DNA of 48,688 bases. It comes from Raillietiella orientalis. Taxonomy: Eukaryota. Positions within the stretch are counted from its first letter, which is position 1; each line of letters opens with the position of its first letter. The translations under genes were made by a program, and so were the position numbers. Positions 38,201-48,688 of the stretch are shown piece by piece. The notes under the pieces were generated by a model, which worked only from the letters and a program-made list of their open reading frames with translations, searched no databases and had not been told where the DNA came from. The stretch is from positions 3,658,001 to 3,706,688 of the forward strand of contig JAYWIR010000019.1 of NCBI GenBank assembly GCA_036172245.1, given 5' to 3'.

Positions 38201-41096
38201 CCATAGAGCAACAGGCCCGCTCGGCGGTAACGAGCGCTGACCTCTACGAGACGCAGGAAGAGGGCTGTGCTGGATTCACAGCCTCAACTCCGAAGGGGAG
38301 AGACATTCTGGAGGTGAAATTTGGGGATGGAGGACCAGGGATCACGCAGCGCATTCACAAACTGTCGATTTCACTGCTGGGTAGTCGAACGTACTAACGT
38401 TAGTAACCAGATCACTTGGCACGCCGCCAAGTGCAACTCGGTGGGAGGGAGAGGGACGAAATGAGCGTGACGGTGCAGCGCCCAAGAGCATCCTCGGGGG
38501 GTAGGGTGGCTCCCGGGCTGATGGTGGTGCGTTGGAGAATAGAATCGTGACAATATTGCAATCAAATTTCGTTGGCCTGCAAGAGCAAATCCTCAAGGGA
38601 AACGTGTGACAACACAAAGCGAAGCATCGCACGCGGAGAGACCGCAGGTCAAGCCAGCCCACTGACGACGGGCGGAATCGCCGGGGTAACTCGGCCGACA
38701 GCAACTACATCCACACGCTGCACATCGCTTGCACATCCACGCTTCAGGGAACAAACAGTGGAATGGGGGAAACGGAGAGTGAGTCCATGCAAGGTGAAGA
38801 AGTCTCCACGTTTTCGGGAGCAAGAAGTAGGGAACAAAATTTCTCCATAGAGCAACAGGCCCGCTCGGCGGTAACGAGCGCTGACCTCTACGAGACGCAG
38901 GAAGAGGGCTGTGCTGGATTCACAGCCTCAACTCCGAAGGGGAGAGACATTCTGGAGGTGAAATTTGGGGATGGAGGACCAGGGATCACGCAGCGCATTC
39001 ACAAACTGTCGATTTCACTGCTGGGTAGTCGAACGTACTAACGTTAGTAACCAGATCACTTGGCACGCCGCCAAGTGCAACTCGGTGGGAGGGAGAGGGA
39101 CGAAATGAGCGTGACGGTGCAGCGCCCAAGAGCATCCTCGGGGGGTAGGGTGGCTCCCGGGCTGATGGTGGTGAGTTGGAGCATAGAATCGTGACAATAT
39201 TGCAATCAAATTTCGTTGGCCTGCAGAAGCAAATCCTCAAGGGAACCGTGTGACAACACAAAGCGAAGCATCGCACGCGGAGAGACCGCAGGTCAAGCCA
39301 GCCCACTGACGACGGGCGGAATCGCCGGGGTAACTCGGCCGACGGGAACTACATCCACACGCTGCAGATCGCTTGCACATCCACGCTTCAGGGAACAAAC
39401 AGTGGAATGGGGGAAACGGAGAGTGAGTCCATGCAAGGTGAAGAAGTCTCCACGTTTTCGGGAGCAAGAAGTAGGGAACAAAATTTCTCCATAGAGCAAC
39501 AGGCCCGCTCGGCGGTAACGAGCGCTGACCTCTACGAGACGCAGGAAGAGGGCTGTGCTGGCTTCAGAGCCTCAACTCCGAAGGGGAGAGACATTCTGGA
39601 GGTGAAATTTGGGGATGGAGGACCAGGGATCACGCAGCGCATTCACAAACTGTCGATTTCACTGCTGGGTAGTCGAACGTACTAACGTTAGTAACCAGAT
39701 CACTTGGCACGCCGCCAAGTGCAACTCGGTGGGAGGGAGAGGGACGAAATGAGCGTGACGGTGCAGCGCCCAAGAGCATCCTCGGGGGGTAGGGTGGCTC
39801 CCGGGCTGATGGTGGTGCGTTGGAGAAAAGAATCGTGACAATATTGCAATCAAATTTCGTTGGCCTGCAGAAGCAAATCCTCAAGGGAAACGTGTGACAA
39901 CACAAAGCGAAGCATCGCACGCGGAGAGACCGCAGGTCAAGCCAGCCCACTGACGACGGGCGGAATCGCCGGGGTAACTCGGCCGACGGGAACTACATCC
40001 ACACGCTGCAGATCGCTTGCACATCCACGCTTCAGGGAACAAACAGTGGAATGGGGGAATCGGAGAGTGAGTCCATGCAAGGTGAAGAAGTCTCCACGTT
40101 TTCGGGAGCAAGAAGTAGGGAACAAAATTTCTCCATAGAGCAACAGGCCCGCTCGGCGGTAACGAGCGCTTTCCTCTACGAGACGCAGGAAGAGGGCTGT
40201 GCTGGATTCACAGCCTGAACTCCGAAGGGGAGAGACATTCTGGAGGTGAAATTTGGGGATGGAGGACCAGGGATCACGCAGCGCATTCACAAACTGTCGA
40301 TTTCACTGCTGGGTATTCGATCCTACTAACGTTAGTAACCAGATCACTTGGCACACAGCCAAGTGCAACTCGGTGGGAGGGAGAGGGGCGACATGAGCGT
40401 GACGGTGCAACGCCCAGGAGCATCCTCGGGGGGTAGGGTGACTCCCGGGCTGATGGTGGTGCGTTGGAGAAGAAAATCGTAACCATGTTGCAATCAAATT
40501 TCGTTGGCCTGCAGAAGCAAATTCTCAAGGGAAACGTGTGACAACACAAAGCGAAGCATCGCACGCGGAGAGACCGCAGGTCAAGCCAGCCCACTGACGA
40601 CGGGCGGAATCGCCGGGGTAACTCGGCCGACAGGAACTACATCCAAACGGTGCAGATCGCTTGCACATCCACGCTTCAGGGAACAAACAGTGGAATGGGG
40701 GAAACGGAAATTCGGTCCATGCAAGGTGAAGAACTCTCCACGTTTTCGGGAGGAAGAAGTAGGGAACAAAATTTCTCCATAGAGCAACAGGCCCGCTCGG
40801 CGGTAACGAGCTCTGAGCTCTACGAGACGCAGGAAGAGGGCTGTGCTGCTTTCACAGCCTCAACTCCGAAGGGGAGAGACATTCTGGAGATGAAATTTGG
40901 CGATGGAAGACCAGGGATCGCGATCGCATTCACAAACTGTAGATTTCCCTGCTGGGTATTCGATGGTACTAACGTTAGTAACCAGATCACTTGGCACGCC
41001 GCCAAGTGCAACTCGGTGGGAGAGTGAGGGGAGAAATGAGTGTGACGGTGCAACGCCCAGGAGCATCCTCGGGGGGTAGGGTGGCTCCCGGGCTGA
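35165..41096 (+). repeat. Tandem array A: 643-644-bp unit, 9 complete copies plus a partial tenth
   Basis: The marker cacttggc..gccaagtg starts at 35194, 35838, 36481, 37125, 37769, 38413, 39057, 39701, 40345 and 40988 (spacing 643-644). ORF-track peptides recur with the same period. GC-rich relative to the flanks. Confidence 0.98.
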
Positions 41097-42140
41097 CTTG
41101 CTGCATAGAGGAAGAGAATCGCCACGATGTACCTGTGAAAGTCAGTTGGTGAACTGAGGCGACTCTTCATGGGAATATTCATGGTACAGGTACCCTATAG
41201 ATTTGAATCCAAAGATCGTTGCCAGTGAACGGGGAGGATGGATCGTTGTGGGATGCCAAGAAGAAGAGCGGATAGTTTGCAAAAAAGGGTTCGGCCCACC
41301 AGAAGGAGAGCAGCCATTTTCTACTAGAAGAAAGCGGGAAGAGCTGAGATGTACAGAGGACAGTTTCGTCTCTGAGCACTCCAATTGCGAGTGCCGTGGA
41401 AGCGAAAGCACTGCGCCCTCCAATGGGAGCAAATGGTGGTCCAAAATTCGGGGTTCATTCCCCAGGAAACAAAGTTTTCAAAAAAATATGAGCATCTATA
41501 CCTCCTACTTTTCATTTTCGAATCTATTTTACGTTTTCTCTTTCCCTTTTTTTCTTTTGGTTTCTTTTTTTTTGGGTTTCTTTTTTTTGTTTTCGCTTTT
41601 TTTTCTTTTCAATTTTTTTACATTGAGGGATTGCATTTAAATTAATTTTGTGCATAAAAATTGCCATTACCACCTTTTTGGCCTACAACGACGGTCAGTT
41701 GGGGACGACACGAGCTTCCGAACAGAGTTGCAGACTCAACTTTTGAACAAAATGCAATTCTTGCAAACCAACATTCACACCCTACACAAAACCCAAAAAT
41801 CGCGTTGCTGACCACAGGTTGGAATAACCTTCGGGACTTTCGATCCCCTATAAAAAAAAACAGACAAAAATGGGGATTTGCAACCAACAGGGACGGCCAT
41901 TCCTCGATGACGAAACACAAATCCACAGAAACAAAGATTTCCTTTGATTACGACCGGAAAGAAATTCCCAACTTCAATGAGGACACAGGGAGATGGGGGA
42001 AACATGGGGGATATTCAGTTTCGAACAATTTGCAGGAGAAGGATTGCTCCTGGAGAGAGTAAGGGAATAGGAAGCCGTGGGAAGGGTGGCTCGAAGTATG
42101 GATTAACTGGATGGACCGGGCAATCACACGTAAATTCCAA
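41097..42140 (+). pseudogene. Single-copy spacer between arrays with Kelch-like remnants and a T-rich intron-like tract (about 41500-41650)
   Basis: SESTAPSNGSKWW and GMPRRRA occur before the T-rich tract. Open frame 41661..42062 contains FWPTTTVSW...LP, LLTTGWNN...KNRQKWGFATNRDGHSS and IPNFNEDTGRW, three roughly Kelch-spaced Trp motifs. Confidence 0.45.
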
Positions 42141-42144
42141 CTCA

Positions 42145-45100
42145 AGGCAGAAGCCTACCTCGGAGACCGGGAAGCTGTCCTTTTGCTCTCAGCAGCGATG
42201 GATACACTCTGCATCTGCTGCTTCCATTGGAGGATGGACGTTTTTTTTTTCCGCGTCCTCTTTTTTTTTCTCCTCTTCCTTTTTGCGTGGTTTACTTGGC
42301 TACCTGGAAATTTCATTAGTGACGAAGTTGCATGGATAACATGCCCGTTGCAGCCCTTAGCGCAAGGAAACTACTTTTTGAGGATATCGACCGTAAAAAT
42401 ATTGCGATCTGCAACGTGGATTCGGGGACATGGGAAGTACATGAGGGATGTTCTTTACCGAACGTTACTTGGGGGATGGATTGCTCCATGAGAGCGGCGT
42501 GAGCGGAAACCGGTGGTCGAAGTGGTTACAGGAATGGTTGAGGAAGAGACTCGAGCGTTCCAAATGAGGGCAACCGCCTACCTGGTCGACCGGGAAGCCG
42601 TCCTTTTCCTCTCAGCAGGGAGGGATGCACTCTGTCTGTGCTGCTTCCATTGGAGGGTGGACGTTTTTTTTTTTTGTGTCCTTTTTTTTTTTATCCTCTT
42701 CCTTTTTGCTTGGTCTTTTCCGCTACCTGGAAATTTCATTAGTGACGAAGCTCCATGGAAAACATGCCCGTTGCAGCCCTTAGCGCAAGGATACTACTTT
42801 TTGAGGATATCGACCGTAAAAATATTGCGATCTGCAACGTGGATTCGGGGACATGGGAAGTACATGAGGGATGTTCTTTACCGAACGTTACTTGGGGGAT
42901 GGATTGCTCCATGAGAGCGGCGTGAGCGGAAACCGGTGGTCGAAGTGGTTACAGGAATGGTTGAGGAAGAGACTCGAGCGTTCCAAATGAAGGCAACCGC
43001 CTACCTGGTCGACCGGGAAGCCGTCCTTTTCCTCTCAGCAGGGAGGGATGCACTCTGTCTGTGCTGCTTCCATTGGAGGGTGGACGTTTTTTTTGTGTCC
43101 TTTTTTTTCTCCTCTTCCTTTTTGGTTGCTTTGCACCGCTACCTGGAAATTGCATGAGTAACGAAGTTGCATGGATAACATGCCCGTTGCAGCCCTTAGC
43201 GCAAGGATACTACTTTTTGAGGATATCGACCGTAAAAATATTGCGATCTGCAACGTGGATTCGGGGACATGGGAAGTACATGAGGGATGTTCTTTACCGA
43301 ACGTTACTTGGGGGATGGATTGCTCCATGAGAGCGGCGTGTGCGGAAACCGGTGGTCGGGGTGGTTACAGGAATGGTTGAGGAAGAGACTCGAGCGTTCC
43401 AAATGAGGCGAACCGCCTACCTGGTCGACCGGGAAGCTGTCCTTTCCCTCTCAGCAGGGAGGGGTTGCACTGTGTGTGCTGCTTCCATTGGAGGGTGGAC
43501 GTTTTTTTTTTTTGTGTCCTTTTTTTTTTCTCCTCTTCCTTTTTGGTTGCTTTGCACCGCTACCTGGAAATTGCATGAGTAACGAAGTTGCATGGATAAC
43601 ATGCCCGTTGCAGCCCTTAGCGCAAGGATACTACTTTTTGAGGATAGCGACCGTAAAAATATTGCGATCTGCAACGTGGATTCGGGGACATGGGAAGTAC
43701 ATGAGGGATGTTCTTTACCGAACGTTACTTGGGGGATGGATTGCTCCATGAGAGCGGCGTGTGCGGAAACCGGTGGTCGGGGTGGTTACAGGAATGGTTG
43801 AGGAAGAGACTCGAGCGTTCCAAATGAAGGCAACCGCCTACCTGGTCGACCGGGAAGCTTTCCTTTTCCTCTCAGCAGGGAGGGATGCACTGTGTGTGTG
43901 CTGCTTCCATTGGAGGGTGGACGTTTTTTTTTTTTGTCCTTTTTTTCTCCTCTTCCTTTTTGGTTGCTTTGCACCGCTACGGAAATTGCATGAGTAACGA
44001 AGTTGCATGGATAACATGCCCGTTGCAGCCCTTAGCGCAAGGATACTACTTTTTGAGGATAGCGACCGTAAAAATATTGCGATCTGCAACGTGGATTCGG
44101 GGACATGGGAAGTACATGAGGGATGTTCTTTACCGAACGTTACTTGGGGGATGGATTGCTCCATGAGAGCGGCGTGTGCGGAAACCGGTGGTCGAAGTGG
44201 TTACAGGAATGGTTGAGGAAGAGACTCGAGCGTTCCAAATGAGGCGAACCGCCTACCTGGTCGACCGGGAAGCTGTCCTTTCCCTCTCAGCAGGGAGGGG
44301 TTGCACTCTGTGTGTGCTGCTTCCATTGGAGGGTGGACGTTTTTTTTTTTTGTGTCCTTTTTTTTTTTCTCCTCTTCCTTTTTGGTTGCTTTGCACCGCT
44401 ACCTGGAAATTGCATGAGTAACGAAGTTGCATGGATAACATGCCCGTTGCAGCCCTTAGCGCAAGGATACTACTTTTTGAGGATATCGACCGTAAAAATA
44501 TTGCGATCTGCAACGTGGATTCGGGGACATGGGAAGTACATGAGGGATGTTCTTTACCGAACGTTACTTGGGGGATGGATTGCTCCATGAGAGCGGCGTG
44601 AGCGGAAACCGGTGGTCGAAGTGGTTACAGGAATGGTTGAGGAAGAGACTCGAGCGTTCCAAATGAGGGCAACCGCCTACCTGGTCGACCGGGAAGCCGT
44701 CCTTTTCCTCTCAGCAGGGAGGGATGCACTCTGTCTGTGCTGCTTCCATTGGAGGGTGGACGTTTTTTTTTTTTGTGTCCTTTTTATTTTTATCCTCTTC
44801 CTTTTTGCTTGGTCTTTTCCGCTACCTGGAAATTTCATTAGTGACGAAGCTCCATGGAAAACATGCCCGTTGCAGCCCTTAGCGCAAGGATACTACTTTT
44901 TGAGGATAGCGACCGTAAAAATATTGCGATCTGCAACGTGGATTCGGGGACATGGGAAGTACATGAGGGATGTTCTTTACCGAACGTTACTTGGGGGATG
45001 GATTGCTCCGAGAGCGGCGTGAGCGGAAACCGGTGGTCGAAGTGGTTACAGGAATGGTTGAGGAAGAGACTCGAGCGTTCCAAATGAGGGCAACCGCCTA

Positions 45101-48100
45101 CCTGGTCGACCGGGAAGCCGTCCTTTTCCTCTCAGCAGGGAGGGATGCACTGTGTGTGTGCTTCCATTGGAGGGTGGACGTTTTTTTTTGTGTCCTTTTT
45201 TTTTTTCTCCTCTTCCTTTTGGTTGCTTTGCACCGCTACCTGGAAATTGCATGAGTAACGAAGTTGCATGGATAACATGCCCGTTGCAGCCCTTAGCGCA
45301 AGGATACTACTTTTTGAGGATAGCGACCGTAAAAATATTGCGATCTGCAACGTGGATTCGGGGACATGGGAAGTACATGAGGGATGTTCTTTACCGAACG
45401 TTACTTGGGGGATGGATTGCTCCATGAGAGCGGCGTGAGCGGAAACCGGTGGTCGAAGTGGTTACAGGAATGGTTGAGGAAGAGACTCGAGCGTTCCAAA
45501 TGAGGGCAACCGCCTACCTGGTCGACCGGGAAGCCGTCCTTTTCCTCTCAGCAGGGGATGCACTGTGTGTGTGCTGCTTCCATTGGAGGGTGGACGTTTT
45601 TTGCTTTTTTTTTGTCCTTCCTCTTCCTTTTGGTTGTTTGCACCGCTACCTGGAAATTGCATGAGTAACGAAGTTGCATGGATAACATGCCCGTTGCAGC
45701 CCTTAGCGCAAGGATACTACTTTTGAGGATATCGACCGTAAAAATATTGCGATCTGCAACGTGGATTCGGGGACATGGGAAGTACATGAGGGATGTTCTT
45801 TACCGAACGTTACTTGGGGGATGGATTGCTCCATGAGAGCGGCGTGAGCGGAAACCGGTGGTCGAAGTGGTTACAGGAATGGTTGAGGAAGAGACTCGAG
45901 CGTTCCAAATGAGGGCAACCGCCTACCTGGTCGACCGGGAAGCCGTCCTTTTCCTCTCAGCAGGGAGGGATGCACTCTGTCTGTGCTGCTTCCATTGGAG
46001 GGTGGACGTTTTTTTTTTTTGTGTCCTTTTTATTTTTATCCTCTTCCTTTTTGCTTGGTCTTTTCCGCTACCTGGAAATTTCATTAGTGACGAAGCTCCA
46101 TGGAAAACATGCCCGTTGCAGCCCTTAGCGCAAGGATACTACTTTTTGAGGATATCGACCGTAAAAATATTGCGATCTGCAACGTGGATTCGGGGACATG
46201 GGAAGTACATGAGGGATGTTCTTTACCGAACGTTACTTGGGGGATGGATTGCTCCATGAGAGCGGCGTGAGCGGAAACCGGTGGTCGAAGTGGTTACAGG
46301 AATGGTTGAGGAAGAGACTCGAGCGTTCCAAATGAAGGCAACCGCCTACCTGGTCGACCGGGAAGCCGTCCTTTTCCTCTCAGCAGGGAGGGATGCACTC
46401 TGTCTGTGCTGCTTCCATTGGAGGGTGGACGTTTTTTTGTGTCCTTTTTTTTTCTCCTCTTCCTTTTTGGTTGCTTTGCACCGCTACCTGGAAATTGCAT
46501 GAGTAACGAAGTTGCATGGATAACATGCCCGTTGCAGCCCTTAGCGCAAGGATACTACTTTTTGAGGATATCGACCGTAAAAATATTGCGATCTGCAACG
46601 TGGATTCGGGGACATGGGAAGTACATGAGGGATGTTCTTTACCGAACGTTACTTGGGGGATGGATTGCTCCATGAGAGCGGCGTGTGCGGAAACCGGTGG
46701 TCGGGGTGGTTACAGGAATGGTTGAGGAAGAGACTCGAGCGTTCCAAATGAGGCGAACCGCCTACCTGGTCGACCGGGAAGCTTTCCTTTCCCTCTCAGC
46801 AGGGAGGGATGCACTGTGTGTGTGCTGCTTCCATTGGAGGGTGGACGTTTTTTTTTTTTGTGTCCTTTTTTTTTTCTCCTCTTCCTTTTTGGTTGCTTTG
46901 CACCGCTACCTGGAAATTGCATGAGTAACGAAGTTGCATGGATAACATGCCCGTTGCAGCCCTTAGCGCAAGGATACTACTTTTTGAGGATATCGACCGT
47001 AAAAATATTGCGATCTGCAACGTGGATTCGGGGACATGGGAAGTACATGAGGGATGTTCTTTACCGAACGTTACTTGGGGGATGGATTGCTCCATGAGAG
47101 CGGCGTGTGCGGAAACCGGTGGTCGGGGTGGTTACAGGAATGGTTGAGGAAGAGACTCGAGCGTTCCAAATGAGGCGAACCGCCTACCTGGTCGACCGGG
47201 AAGCTTTCCTTTCCCTCTCAGCAGGGAGGGATGCACTGTGTGTGTGCTGCTTCCATTGGAGGGTGGACGTTTTTTTTTTGTGTCCTTTTTTTTTTTCTCC
47301 TCTTCCTTTTTGGTTGCTTTGCACCGCTACCTGGAAATTGCATGAGTAACGAAGTTGCATGGATAACATGCCCGTTGCAGCCCTTAGCGCAAGGATACTA
47401 CTTTTTGAGGATAGCGACCGTAAAAATATTGCGATCTGCAACGTGGATTCGGGGACATGGGAAGTACATGAGGGATGTTCTTTACCGAACGTTACTTGGG
47501 GGATGGATTGCTCCATGAGAGCGGCGTGTGCGGAAACCGGTGGTCGGGGTGGTTACAGGAATGGTTGAAGGAGAGACACGAGCGTTCCAAATGAAGGCAA
47601 CCGCCTACCTGGTCGACCGGGAAGCCTTCCTTTTCCTCTTAGCAGGGAGGGATGCACTCTGTCTGTGCTGCTTCCATTGGAGGATGGACCTTTTTTTTTT
47701 TTTTGTCCTTTTTTTTTTTTTTCCTCTTTTTTCTTGCTTGGCTTTCTCCGCTACCTGGAAATTTTATGAGTAACGAAGTTTCACGGAAAACATGTCCGTT
47801 GCAGCCCTTAGCGCAAGGGTACCACTTTTTGAGGATAGCGATCGTTGAAATATTGCTATCTTCAACGTGGATTCGGGGACATGGAGAGTACATGAGGGAT
47901 GTTCTTTACCGAACGTTTCGTGGGGGATGGATTGCTCCTTGAGAGCGGCGTGTGCGCAAACCGGTGGTCGGGGTGGTTACAGGGATGGGTGAGGGAGAGA
48001 CACGAGCGTTCCAAATGAAGGCAAACGCCTACCTTGTCGACCGGGAAGCCGTCCTTTTCCTCTCAGCAGGGAGGGATGCACTCTGTCTGTGCTGCTTCCA

Positions 48101-48688
48101 TTGGAGGGTGGACGTTTTTTTTTTGTGTCCTTTTTATTTTTATCCTCTTCCTTTTTGCTTGGTCTTTTCCGCTACCTGGAAATTTCATTAGTGACGAAGC
48201 TCCATGGAAAACATGCCCGTTGCAGCCCTTAGCGCAAGGATACTACTTTTTGAGGATAGCGACCGTAAAAATATTGCGATCTGCAACGTGGATTCGGGGA
48301 CATGGGAAGTACATGAGGGATGTTCTTTACCGAACGTTACTTGGGGGATGGATTGCTCCCTGAGAGCCGCGTGTGCGGAAACCGGTGGTCGGGGTGGTTA
48401 CAGGAATGGTTGAGGAAGAGACTCGAGCGTTCCAAATGAGGCGAACCGCCTACCTGGTCGACCGGGAAGCTGTCCTTTCCCTCTCAGCAGGGAGGGGTTG
48501 CACTCTGTGTGTGCTGCTTCCATTGGAGGGTGGACGTTTTTTTTTTTTGTGTCCTTTTTTTTTTCTCCTCTTCCTTTTTGGTTGCTTTGCACCGCTACCT
48601 GCAAATTGCATGAGTAACGAAGTTGCATGGATAACATGCCCGTTGCAGCCCTTAGCGCAAGGATACTACTTTTTGAGGATATCGACCG
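42145..48688 (+). repeat. Tandem array B: 410-424-bp unit, at least 15.5 copies, runs off the window end
   Basis: The marker catgcccgttgcagcccttagcgcaagg starts at 42340, 42763, 43179, 43600, 44015, 44439, 44862, 45276, 45686, 46108, 46524, 46946, 47367, 47791 (variant), 48212 and 48635. Length variation lies mainly in two poly-T runs. Confidence 0.98.

Noticed and set aside
35343..48637. The many 60-136 aa ORFs in the arrays as functional genes
   Set aside because: They overlap in several frames on both strands, often start at non-ATG codons and shift with homopolymer length, as expected in GC-rich repeats.
35165..48688. CRISPR-like or repeat-spacer array
   Set aside because: The units repeat in full with no unique spacers, there are no cas genes, and the context is an intron-rich eukaryotic genome.
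35165..48688. Ribozyme-bearing satellite (hammerhead or HDV-like retrozyme), or 5S, SL or snRNA repeat
   Set aside because: No CUGANGA...GAAA core with flanking stems was seen (only ctgatgg and ctgagag). The tcctcg motif lacks a P3 stem, and no recognisable 5S, spliced-leader or snRNA sequence was found. An Infernal/Rfam scan would settle this.

Overview
This is eukaryotic (animal, invertebrate-like) genomic DNA with many very short (41-70 nt) GT-AG introns. Three intact housekeeping genes can be spliced by hand: the 3' half of SRP54 (+, 1-1235), an 18-exon MED24 (-, 7780-23157, about 970 aa) and an 8-exon CCDC174 (-, 26430-28694). Decayed coding DNA surrounds them: a BTB-BACK-Kelch (KLHL-type) pseudogene (about 2240-5330), an RTE-like LINE remnant, an SLC22-like transporter remnant, an eIF3f fragment and further Kelch remnants. 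The last 13.5 kb holds two GC-rich tandem arrays. Array A is about 9.2 x 644 bp. Array B is at least 15.5 x about 420 bp and has an incipient 8-mer higher-order structure. The main finding is that both arrays, their spacer and their upstream flank translate on the + strand into degenerate Kelch beta-propeller blades preceded by a BACK-like remnant, so two satellites appear to have arisen from one decayed KLHL-type gene. All pseudogene and Kelch assignments were made by eye and need frameshift-aware HMM confirmation.
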